NCBI GenBank assembly: GCA_965223545.1 | Contig: OZ245006.1 | Span: forward strand, 1,824,001-1,888,000 | Origin: Planctomycetota bacterium | Lineage (GTDB): Bacteria; Planctomycetota; UBA1135; UBA2386 | Reading direction: 5' to 3' | Length of the DNA: 64,000 nt | In this document: positions 10,207-18,600 of the stretch, piece by piece | Position numbering within the stretch: position 1 is the first letter of the stretch | How the letters are laid out: every line of letters begins with the position of its first letter | The notes under the pieces: generated by a model | Databases searched by the model: none | Told to the model about the DNA's origin: nothing | Seen by the model: the letters and a program-made list of their open reading frames with translations, nothing else | Position numbers and translations under genes: made by a program

Positions 10207-10231
10207 GGGCCGCGACCCGAAGGCGCGGCCC
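10207..10231 (-). terminator. Intrinsic terminator-like hairpin after tRNA-Glu
   Basis: On the minus strand GGGCCGCG-CC-UUCG-GG-U-CGCGGCCC (cUUCGg tetraloop) followed by GUUU, immediately 3' of the tRNA CCA. Confidence 0.7.
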
Positions 10232-10233
10232 TC

Positions 10234-10311
10234 TGGTATCCCGTAGGGGATTCGAACCCCTGTTGCCAGAATGAAAATCTGGAGTCCTAGGCCTGACTAG
10301 ACGAACGGGAC
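10234..10311 (-). tRNA. tRNA-Glu (anticodon TTC)
   Basis: Reverse complement GTCCCGT...CCAGA-TTTTCAT-TCTGG...GGTTCGAATCC...ACGGGAT-A-CCA folds as a cloverleaf with encoded CCA. Confidence 0.97.
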
Positions 10312-10388
10312 CTCCGATGTGAGGACCGTAGCGCGCCGCCCGGCCGGTTCAAGCCCCGGGGGACCTACGCGCGCGCAGCCGACGGGCC

Positions 10389-11378
10389 TCAGCCGAGGCC
10401 CTTGAACTCACGCACGCTCGGCAAGTCCTTGATCGACGACAAGCCGAAGCGGTCGAGGAACAGGTCGGTGGTGCCGTACTGCAGCGGCCGTCCCGGCACG
10501 TCGGCGCGGCCCACCACGTCGACCAGCTTGTGCTCCAGCAGCGTGCGCAGCATCGGCCCGGCCTTGACGCCGCGGATCGCCTCGATCTCGGCCCGCATCA
10601 CCGGCTGCCGGTAGGCGATCACCGCCAGGGTCTCGAGCGCGGCGGGCGACAGCCGCTCGGCGCGGCGCACGCCGCGCAGCCGCTCCAAGTATGGAAACAC
10701 CTCGGGCACGGTGAGCAGGCGCGCGGTCTCCCCCGCCCGCGCCACGGCGAGCGGGAAGCCGTGCGCGCGCAGGTCGCGCTCCAGCTGCTCCAGCCCCTCG
10801 CGCACCGCGGCCTGGGTCGCGTTGCAGGCCTGGGCCAGGCGCAGCAGCGACTGCGGCTCGCGCGCGGTCAGCATCACCGCCATCAGCACGCGCGACAGCT
10901 CGACCGGGTCGGCCAGGGGTGCGGCTTCCGCCGGCTCGGCACCGGCGGCGCCCGGTGGCGGTGCGACGCCGGGCGCGTCCACCCCGGGCGGCGGCACGTC
11001 GGTCGCGGCAGCCCCCCCGTCGGCCTCGGTCGCAGCGGCCTCGGTCACATCGGCCTCGCCGTCCGCGACTGGCGGAGCGGTGTCCTCCTCCAGCGGCAGA
11101 TCCTCGTCCGACGATCTCGCGTCCGACCCATCGCCACTCGGGTCGAGCACCGCGCTACCGAACCGGTTGGCGAAATCGAACGGCTCGGCCGAGGCGTCGT
11201 ACTCGACCGGCTCGTACTCGTCGCCCGGTTCCCCCACCGTCCCCGCATCCTCGTCGAGATCGGTGAGCGCCTCCTCGGCAATCTCGTCGAACGCATCGCC
11301 GACCGCGCTGCTGCGGTCGCGTGGCCGCACCGACTCGGCGTTGGGCTCGCCCGGCAACGGGCGCGAGATGTCGTCCAT
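10389..11378 (-). CDS. scpB: SMC-Scp complex subunit ScpB with long acidic N-terminal extension
   Basis: LSPAALETLAVIAYRQPVMRAEIEAIRGV...GRADVPGRPLQYGTTDLFLDRFGLSSIKDLP. Confidence 0.95.
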   Translation of the reverse strand: MDDISRPLPGEPNAESVRPRDRSSAVGDAFDEIAEEALTDLDEDAGTVGEPGDEYEPVEYDASAEPFDFANRFGSAVLDPSGDGSDARSSDEDLPLEEDTAPPVADGEADVTEAAATEADGGAAATDVPPPGVDAPGVAPPPGAAGAEPAEAAPLADPVELSRVLMAVMLTAREPQSLLRLAQACNATQAAVREGLEQLERDLRAHGFPLAVARAGETARLLTVPEVFPYLERLRGVRRAERLSPAALETLAVIAYRQPVMRAEIEAIRGVKAGPMLRTLLEHKLVDVVGRADVPGRPLQYGTTDLFLDRFGLSSIKDLPSVREFKGLG

Positions 11379-11389
11379 GGCGCTCCACG

Positions 11390-12451
11390 TTAGCGCGGAG
11401 CCCCGCTGGGTTGAAGCGCGCGCATGGCCTGGCGCAGCTGGGTCGAGGCGGCGGCAAACTCGGCCGGACTCAGATCGCGCGCCAAGATGTCGGCGCGCAG
11501 CTCCTCTTTGACCTGCGCGAAGGGCACGTCGCGCCCCGGGATCCGCGCCAAGCAGTACACCAGGTAGTAACGCTTGGAGCCGTCGATCTCGCGCTCGAAC
11601 ACGTCCGACACCTGGCCCGGCTCGAGCAAGAACGCGACGTCGGCCACGGGGTGCTCGAAGCCGCGGCCGAACGCCGGCAGCTTGCCGCCGTCCAGGCGGT
11701 TGGCGCCCTCGGTGTGCCGGATCGCCAGGGTCGCGAAGTCCGCGCCCTGCCGCACCCGCGCCGCCAGCTCGGTCAGAAGATCGAGGTCGGAGTGCACGAT
11801 GTAGCGCACCTCGACCCGATCCTCGCGCAGCGCGGCGTAGCGCAGGGCGTAGCCGCGGTAGAATTCGCGCACCCGGCTGACGGTGAGCCAGCGGTGGTAC
11901 TCCTGCTCGTTCATCCCCCAGCGGCGGTCGAGGTAGCCGGCGAACGTCACCCGCCCGCCGAACTCGCTCTGCACCTCATCGCGCAGCGTGCGCTCGCTGG
12001 CACTGACCAGGGCCTCGATCTCGTCGGGCTGCACCTCGATGCCCCACTCGCGCGCCGCGCGCGCCACGATGGCGTCCAGCTGCATGCGCTCGAGCAGGAC
12101 GCGGACACCGCCGGGCTCCTCCTCCAGCAGGCGATCGAAGACATGCCGCTTGTGCACGACCAGGCCGCCGCTGCGCACGACGACGTCGTCGTCGCTGTCG
12201 CCGGCGGGCAGCAGGATCTCGGGACCGGTGCCGCCACCGCGCTGCACCAGCGCGGCCTCGACCACGGCGGAGGGCGCCTCCACGACGGGGGGAGGCGTTG
12301 CCCGCGACGGCCTCGGCGCGACCCCCGGCGACGCCGCGCAGGCGGCGAGCACGAGCGCGGCCGCGGCCGCGGCCACACCAGCCGGCCCGAGGCTCAGGCC
12401 AGTGTTGTCTTCGAGCCTCCGGGAGCTGCGTTGTCGAAATTCCAGCGGCAT
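11390..12451 (-). CDS. Parvulin (PpiC-type) peptidyl-prolyl isomerase, probable lipoprotein
   Basis: Lipobox LAAC; GADFATLAIRHT...DGGKL...VAFLLEPGQVSDVF; SurA/PrsA-like N-terminal helices. Start uncertain. Confidence 0.8.
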   Translation of the reverse strand: MPLEFRQRSSRRLEDNTGLSLGPAGVAAAAAALVLAACAASPGVAPRPSRATPPPVVEAPSAVVEAALVQRGGGTGPEILLPAGDSDDDVVVRSGGLVVHKRHVFDRLLEEEPGGVRVLLERMQLDAIVARAAREWGIEVQPDEIEALVSASERTLRDEVQSEFGGRVTFAGYLDRRWGMNEQEYHRWLTVSRVREFYRGYALRYAALREDRVEVRYIVHSDLDLLTELAARVRQGADFATLAIRHTEGANRLDGGKLPAFGRGFEHPVADVAFLLEPGQVSDVFEREIDGSKRYYLVYCLARIPGRDVPFAQVKEELRADILARDLSPAEFAAASTQLRQAMRALQPSGAPR

Positions 12452-12501
12452 CGAGCCTTCCGAAAGGTTGTCGCCGAGCGAAGAGTTGCGGCCCCGGACG
12501 C

Positions 12502-13971
12502 TCAGTGGGCGCGGATCCAACGCTTGAACTGCGTGCCCTGGCATGTGGCGCACTTGACCTTCTGCGGGTCGCCCGACTGCCCGTAGGTGATGGTGTGGCC
12601 GGTGGCACCGCACTGCGCGCAGTTGTCCAAGAACGCCGCGCGGACCTCGAGATCGCCGCCGAACTCGACGTAATAGGCGCGCAGCCAGGCCGCGCGCGCA
12701 TCGCTTCCGGCTTTGCGCCACCACTGCTCCGGCGTGTCGGCGATGCTTTCTCCGGCGCCACGAGCACCAGCGCTTCGCTTGGCACGCTCCTGTGCCTCCC
12801 GGACCCGGCGCTTGGCGCGCTCGGCCGCCTTCTGCTCGGCGCTCACCTCGATCTGCACCTCCTGCTCCTCGGAGCTGGTGCCCTTGCGGATCGCGTCGCG
12901 ACCGAGTGTCCAAGAGCCCACGCCGTAGTGGTAGCGCTCGCCGGCGCCGCGCGACTCCAAGCGCTTGGTCCACATCTCGTCGACGACGTCGGCCTCCAGG
13001 TCCAACTTCTTGCGCACGGCTTCGCGGATTTCGGCCCCCATCTGCCCCTCGGCGTAGCTCTTGGCCGACTCGAAGTCGACCGAAGCGTCGGTCGCCTTCT
13101 GCCGCGCGAGGGTCCAGATCTCCTTGTCCCACAGCCGGGTGACCTCGGCGACCAGCGCTTTGTCGCGGGCGCGGTGGAAGCGCCGCACGACGTGCGCGAA
13201 CTCGCTGGCCAGCTTGCTGTCCGGAAACTGCTCCTCGAACTGGGCGATCGCCGCCAGGCCCTTGTCGAATTTGCGCCGCTCCAGCCAGACCCGGATCTGG
13301 TCGAGCAGCTCGGCCTCGCGCGCGGACTCCTTGAAGCGAGCCAAGCGCCGCTGCTTGCCTTCGATCGTCGCTGCGAGACTGCCGTCGTCGTTCTCCGCGG
13401 CGGCGGCGAGGTGCAGCTCGGCGTGCTCGTAATCGCGCACGCGCAGCAGGATGTCGGCCAGCGCGATGTGCTGTTTGGCGTCGTCGCCCGGCGAGTACTC
13501 GCCCAGCTTCTCGGCGTAGAAGTCGGACCGCGCGTACACCTCGGTCGCCGGCACCTCGACCGGGTCCATGGCGCGCAGCGCCGAGCGCTGGATCGGATAG
13601 TCGATGCCCTGGCGGCGGACGGTGATCTGCCGCTCGTCGCCGTCGTCGACGACCCGGCCGACGAGCTGCTCGAGCACGCCGGCGATCTCGTAGCGCACCG
13701 ACACGGCGCGGACCAGGACCTCACCTTCCTCCTCCCACGCCATGTTGAACTGCTGCTTGAGCCGCGTCGCCGACTCCGGCGACAGATGGTCCCAGCGCAG
13801 CTGCAGGACGCCGCCGTTGTCGAGGCGGTGCAGGGTGAAGCCGTTCTCGTCCGGCGGGTCGATGCGGCCGAGCAGCGTGTCGCCGCTCTTCAGCTGCACC
13901 AGCTGTGCCGGCGCCGCGTTGGCGGCGAGCGCCGCGATCGAGGCGGTCAGCACGGGCAACAGGATCTTCAT
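12502..13971 (-). CDS. Secreted helical protein with C-terminal DnaJ-like Cys4 motif
   Basis: Signal peptide MKILLPVLTASIAALAANAAPAQ; GAGGAG SD; ATGA overlap with upstream gene; C-terminal CAQCGATG...CATCQGT. Confidence 0.7.
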   Translation of the reverse strand: MKILLPVLTASIAALAANAAPAQLVQLKSGDTLLGRIDPPDENGFTLHRLDNGGVLQLRWDHLSPESATRLKQQFNMAWEEEGEVLVRAVSVRYEIAGVLEQLVGRVVDDGDERQITVRRQGIDYPIQRSALRAMDPVEVPATEVYARSDFYAEKLGEYSPGDDAKQHIALADILLRVRDYEHAELHLAAAAENDDGSLAATIEGKQRRLARFKESAREAELLDQIRVWLERRKFDKGLAAIAQFEEQFPDSKLASEFAHVVRRFHRARDKALVAEVTRLWDKEIWTLARQKATDASVDFESAKSYAEGQMGAEIREAVRKKLDLEADVVDEMWTKRLESRGAGERYHYGVGSWTLGRDAIRKGTSSEEQEVQIEVSAEQKAAERAKRRVREAQERAKRSAGARGAGESIADTPEQWWRKAGSDARAAWLRAYYVEFGGDLEVRAAFLDNCAQCGATGHTITYGQSGDPQKVKCATCQGTQFKRWIRAH

Positions 13972-14471
13972 GAGTTGCTCCTCAGAGTGGCAATGCGAGC
14001 GGGGAACGACGCGCCGCGCTGCAAGAATCGTTGAAAGACCTCGCCGACGGCGACGCCGGCCTCCAGCCAAGTAATCCGCGCGGTGACCAACAGCAAGCCG
14101 GGGGCTTCCACGCCCTCGGCCAGCTCGACGCTGGCGCGCAGGCGCGGGAAGCCCGGAATCGGGTCGTAGACGATCTTCTCGAGCGCGGTCGGATCGTCCT
14201 CGGCGTCCTCCTCGTCCAGCAGCACCCCATCGGTGCCGAAGCGCGCCGGGAAGACGCGATGCTGGAGGTCGAGGAACACGGCGTCGGCGGCGCGCACGGC
14301 GCGGTCGCGCAGCTCGGCAGTGCTGCGCGTGTCGACCGCGGCACTCATCAGCGCGACCAGGCCGGTCATGCCGAACACCAGGATGGCGATCGCCGCCAGC
14401 ATCTCCACCAGCGTGAAGCCACCGGCACGGCGGCATCCCACTCCGACGTGACGCCGGTCGCGGTCAGCCAT
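13968..14471 (-). CDS. Prepilin-like minor (pseudo)pilin, GspI/PilV-like
   Basis: RRAGG|FTLVEMLAAIAILVFGM class III signal with Glu5; 167 aa. Confidence 0.8.
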   Translation of the reverse strand: MADRDRRHVGVGCRRAGGFTLVEMLAAIAILVFGMTGLVALMSAAVDTRSTAELRDRAVRAADAVFLDLQHRVFPARFGTDGVLLDEEDAEDDPTALEKIVYDPIPGFPRLRASVELAEGVEAPGLLLVTARITWLEAGVAVGEVFQRFLQRGASFPARIATLRSNS

Positions 14472-15660
14472 TCCAGTTGTCCCTGCCATGGGCCAGCTCC
14501 AGCACGAACGAAACCTCTTTGCCGGCGCGCACGCGCGTGCCGCGCGAATGCGCTCGGGCGGCGGTGTGCCGCGCGCCGCGCACCAGCCCGGTCAGCGTGG
14601 TGCCGCGCACGCCAGTGTAGCGCACCCACTCGGAACCGACCTTGAGGTAGCCGGCGTCGGGCAGGTCGCCGAGCGGCCGCAGACTGCGCAGCGGCAGCTC
14701 CACCGCCCCCGGCGCCAGATCGGCGGCCAGCTGGGCCTCCTGGCCCTGCCGCGCGACCACCAGCGTCACCCGCACCGCCCTGGGAAACACGTCGTCGGTG
14801 GCATCGGTCAGGCTGAAATCGCCGAGGTCGAGGCTGAACTGGCGCTCGCGCTCCTCGAACTCGACCGACCAACCGGCGCGCGCCGAATCCCAGCACAGCT
14901 CGGGTCCCTCGCCACCGGGCTCGCGGTCGAAGTCCTTGGTGTACTGCGACCAGAACGAGAGCTCGAAGTGCAGCAGGCCACTGGCGATCACCGCCGATTC
15001 CGCCGCCACCACCCGTGGCGGCATGCCGTCGTCGCCGAGCTCTTCGATCTCCATCAGCCGCGCCACGCGGCGCTGGTCGAGCACGATCTCCTCGTCGGCC
15101 AACCACAAGCCGCGGCGCAGCTCCAAGAACGCGTCGTCCGGGTCGCCCGCGGGCCACGGCAGCAGCAGCATCTCGGCGCGGCCGGTGCGCGGCGCCGCCA
15201 CCAACAGGTCGACCAGCGCCACCTCGACGTCGGCCTCCTCCATGGTCTCCGCCGTCTGCTCCGCCAGCGGGCGCAGCCGCCGCCGCAACAGACGCTCCTC
15301 GACCGCCGGCGGAATCGCCACGGTGGCGCGCAGCGCCTGCACCCGTCCATCGGCGGACTCGCCCGGCACCAAGCCCAACGGCACCCACTGCACCAGCAGC
15401 CGCGCGTCCGGCGGCTGCTCTTCGTAGGCCTGCCGGCGCGGGCCCACCATCGCGGCCAGCGCGCCGCGCGTGGCCCCCGAGGCGGTGTTGCCGAGATCGG
15501 CGAGCTCCTGGCTCGACTGACCCTCGTCGAACAGCTCGACGCCGCTGGTCAGCATCTGTACCAAGAACACCGAGAACGCGCCGAGCAGGCCGAGCACGAC
15601 GGTCAGCTCGAGCAGCGTGAAGCCACCGCGGCGCGCGGAGGGAGGCCTCTGCACCCTCAT
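14464..15660 (-). CDS. Prepilin-like minor (pseudo)pilin, GspJ/PilW-like, with extra C-terminal module
   Basis: RRGG|FTLLELTVVLGLLGAFS; FPRAVRVTLVV typical of the J-type C-terminus; ATGA overlap; 398 aa. Confidence 0.8.
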   Translation of the reverse strand: MRVQRPPSARRGGFTLLELTVVLGLLGAFSVFLVQMLTSGVELFDEGQSSQELADLGNTASGATRGALAAMVGPRRQAYEEQPPDARLLVQWVPLGLVPGESADGRVQALRATVAIPPAVEERLLRRRLRPLAEQTAETMEEADVEVALVDLLVAAPRTGRAEMLLLPWPAGDPDDAFLELRRGLWLADEEIVLDQRRVARLMEIEELGDDGMPPRVVAAESAVIASGLLHFELSFWSQYTKDFDREPGGEGPELCWDSARAGWSVEFEERERQFSLDLGDFSLTDATDDVFPRAVRVTLVVARQGQEAQLAADLAPGAVELPLRSLRPLGDLPDAGYLKVGSEWVRYTGVRGTTLTGLVRGARHTAARAHSRGTRVRAGKEVSFVLELAHGRDNWNG

Positions 15661-18600
15661 TGCGCGGTCACCTTCTCGTCCAAGACGCGGCCCTCGCCCT
15701 CGTAGTCGAGCAACAGCGCGCGCACCATGGGCGCCTTCTTCCAGGTGTTGGCGCGGAAGGTCTGCGGGTCGAACGCCCCGGGCCGGTAGACGGTGGAGAA
15801 CCGCGCCTCGATGCGGCTGCCCTGCCGGCCGATCGGATTCTCCACGCCACCCCGATCGAAGCGGAACAGGTGAGGGCTGGTCTCGGGATCGTCGGCGAAC
15901 GATCCGCGGCCATCGATCCGCACCAAGCACTCGACGTCGATCAGCTCGTCGTCGCGCTCCTCCTCCCAGAGCAGCCCGCGGAAGAACACCGGCGCCAGAT
16001 CCCAGGTGATCTGGAAGTAGGCCAGCTCCGGGTCGTCGGCCCGCTCGTGGTGGCGGTCCCAATAGCGCTGCGGGAACCAGATCACCGGCTCGCCCACCCC
16101 CGCGCCCACCGGCGTGGTGCCGTAGCGCCCGCGCAGTAGGCCGCGGCCGCGCGTCTGCGGCGCGTCCGGGTCGTCCCAGCTCGGCATCGTCAGCACCGCG
16201 CCGGCATCGACCCAGGCGTAGTGCAGCAGCTCGTTGCGCGCCAACAGGAGGGTGCCGCCGTAGGCCGGCAGGTCCGCCGCGTCGGCGACCACCAGCTCGC
16301 TGGCGCTCCCGTTGACGGGCGCGGTGAGGATGGCGGCCGGGATGTGGTCGAGGAAGTACACCAGCGCGCCCTCGGAGTGGGGCCGCGGCTCGGAGCCGAG
16401 CAGCCCGCGCCCCTCGCTGGCGATGACGAAGGTGCCGTCCGAGTGCGACTCGTAGGCCAGGATCTCGCCGTCGATCGACACCAGGCCGCCGGCCTGCGGC
16501 ACGGTCCGCGTCAGGTCGCCGTTGAAGGTCGCGTAGCCGTACGGCGTCACCACCAGGTCGGTGCGCACCAAGAAGGTGCGACCGTCCTGGGCCAGCTCCT
16601 CGTCGAGCAGCAGCGCGCGCGCGCGCCGGTTGACCACACCGATGTCGTCGACGATGCCGCTGCAGTCGCGCAGGTCGCGCAGCGGCGTCGTGCCGAACTC
16701 GCCGTTCTCGGCGGCCGCCGCCGGCAGCTCTCCCGATGGGAACTTGACCATGCGGTCGAGCTGGCGCGAGTCGGTGTTGAAGTTGCGCTCCTCGGGCCCG
16801 ATCAACAGCGTGCCGCCGACCCCCGCCTTCAGCCCGACGAGCTGGAACGGATACAACCCGAGCATCTCGCGCGGCACGCCCTCGTCGGGCTCGATGAAGT
16901 AGTAGGGGTCGTTGACGTTGCCCGGATCGGCGTCGAAGGCGAACCGCCGCGCCGCCCAGTTGACGGTGTGCCACTCGACGCCGGGCCGCTCGGTGCCGGA
17001 CGCCTGGCTGCCGGCGACCAGCGCGATGCGGTCGTTGCGGCCGGCGCGGCCCGAGCGCGCGCCGTAGTTGCCCCAATCGAGCTCGAAGCGGTGGCAGGGC
17101 AGGACCATCGCGTTGCTGCCGTGCGCGTGCGACGTCGTGCCGGTCAGCGGGTCGCCGCGGAAGCGGAGCGCGCGCCGCACCAGCTGGATCTGCGGGAAGT
17201 TGGGGTCGAACTCGACGTCGTCGGTGTAGCCGATGTAGCCGACGCCGGCCTCACGGCGCACCTCGGGGTAGGGGAAGCGCGTCAGCAGCGCGTTGAGCTC
17301 CTCGGCGCCGAGCTGTCCACCCAACGCCGCGCCCTCGCCGTTGTCGACACCATCCTCGGCGGTGGTGTCGGTGAGCTCGCGCCAGACCGCCAGCCAGCGG
17401 TGCAGATTGGCGCGCACCAGCCAGCCCTGCGGGTCGAGGTAGTCGTAGCGCACCCACTCGGTGTTGGCCTCGTCGCCCTCGCTGTAGATCTGCGCCCACT
17501 CGCTGCGCCCGATCACCGTGGGGTCCGGCAGGTTGGCGCCGGCGACCGGCAGCGAGATCGGCACGACGTAGCACAGGTACTGGTGCAGCTCCTCCGCCGG
17601 AATCCGCTCGTTGCCGTTGATCACGGTCAGGTTGGTCCACTGCGTGACGAAGTGGCGCGCTTTGCCGTCGAACACGCGGCGGTACTCGTACCCCTCGACC
17701 GGCGGCAGCGTCAGCCCGCGCTGGATGCCCGACAGCACGTCGCCGGTGCGCGCGCTGTAGCGGATCAGCTCGATGCCGCCGATGTCGCGGTTCGAGCTGT
17801 TGCCGGGGTTGCCCGCCGACTGCACCGCGAGGAAGCGCTGCACCAAGAGGGCGTAGCCGCCGGTCGCGGGGAAGGCGTCGAGGATCGGCTGGCTCGCGGG
17901 AGCGGGGGGATACTGCCGGTCGGCGATCGGATCCGCCAGCGAGATATCCTCCGAGCTGTCGACGTCGATGCCCTTGCCGACCTCGCGCGGCCGGCCGTTG
18001 AAGACGTACTGGATCGACGCTCCCGGGTCGACGACGGCGCGGGCGACGGCAAAGGCGCCGATGCTGGTCTGCAGCCGCCCCGCACTGACGTACACGGTTG
18101 TGTCGCGATACACCGGCACCGTGTAGCCGTACAGCTCGACCGCGGCGCCGAGCTCGTGGCCGGCGGCGACCTGCAGTCCCTGGATGCTCTCGACGTTGAC
18201 CGTCGGCCGGCCGTTGTTGTCCACCGGGATCGTCGGCGCGAACTCGTCGATGCGCATCCGCGCGGTGCGGCCGCCCATCGAGTTGTCGAACGCGCAGCGG
18301 AAGGTCGTCGCGGTCTTCGAGGTGTACTCGAACAGCTCGAGCCCGATGCGCAGCACGCCCTGCGGCGGGAACCCCTCGGTGTCCTCGACCCGGATGTCGA
18401 GGTACTTCAGCGCGTCCTGGAAGAACGGCTCGATCGGCTCCTGCGACTCCTGATACGGGTCGATCGGCGCCGCCAAGTAGGTGCGCAGGTCGGGCTCGCC
18501 GCGCTGCGTCCCGTCGACCGTCATGCTCAGCTGCCCGGGCTGGTTGCCACTGGCGGCGAGGTTGACGTGGAACCAGACTTCGGGGCGCAGGTCGATGTCG

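Noticed and set aside
10234..10311. tRNA-Glu as integration site of a genomic island
   Set aside because: No integrase and no duplicated tRNA 3' end noticed in the window; the tRNA is followed by its own terminator.
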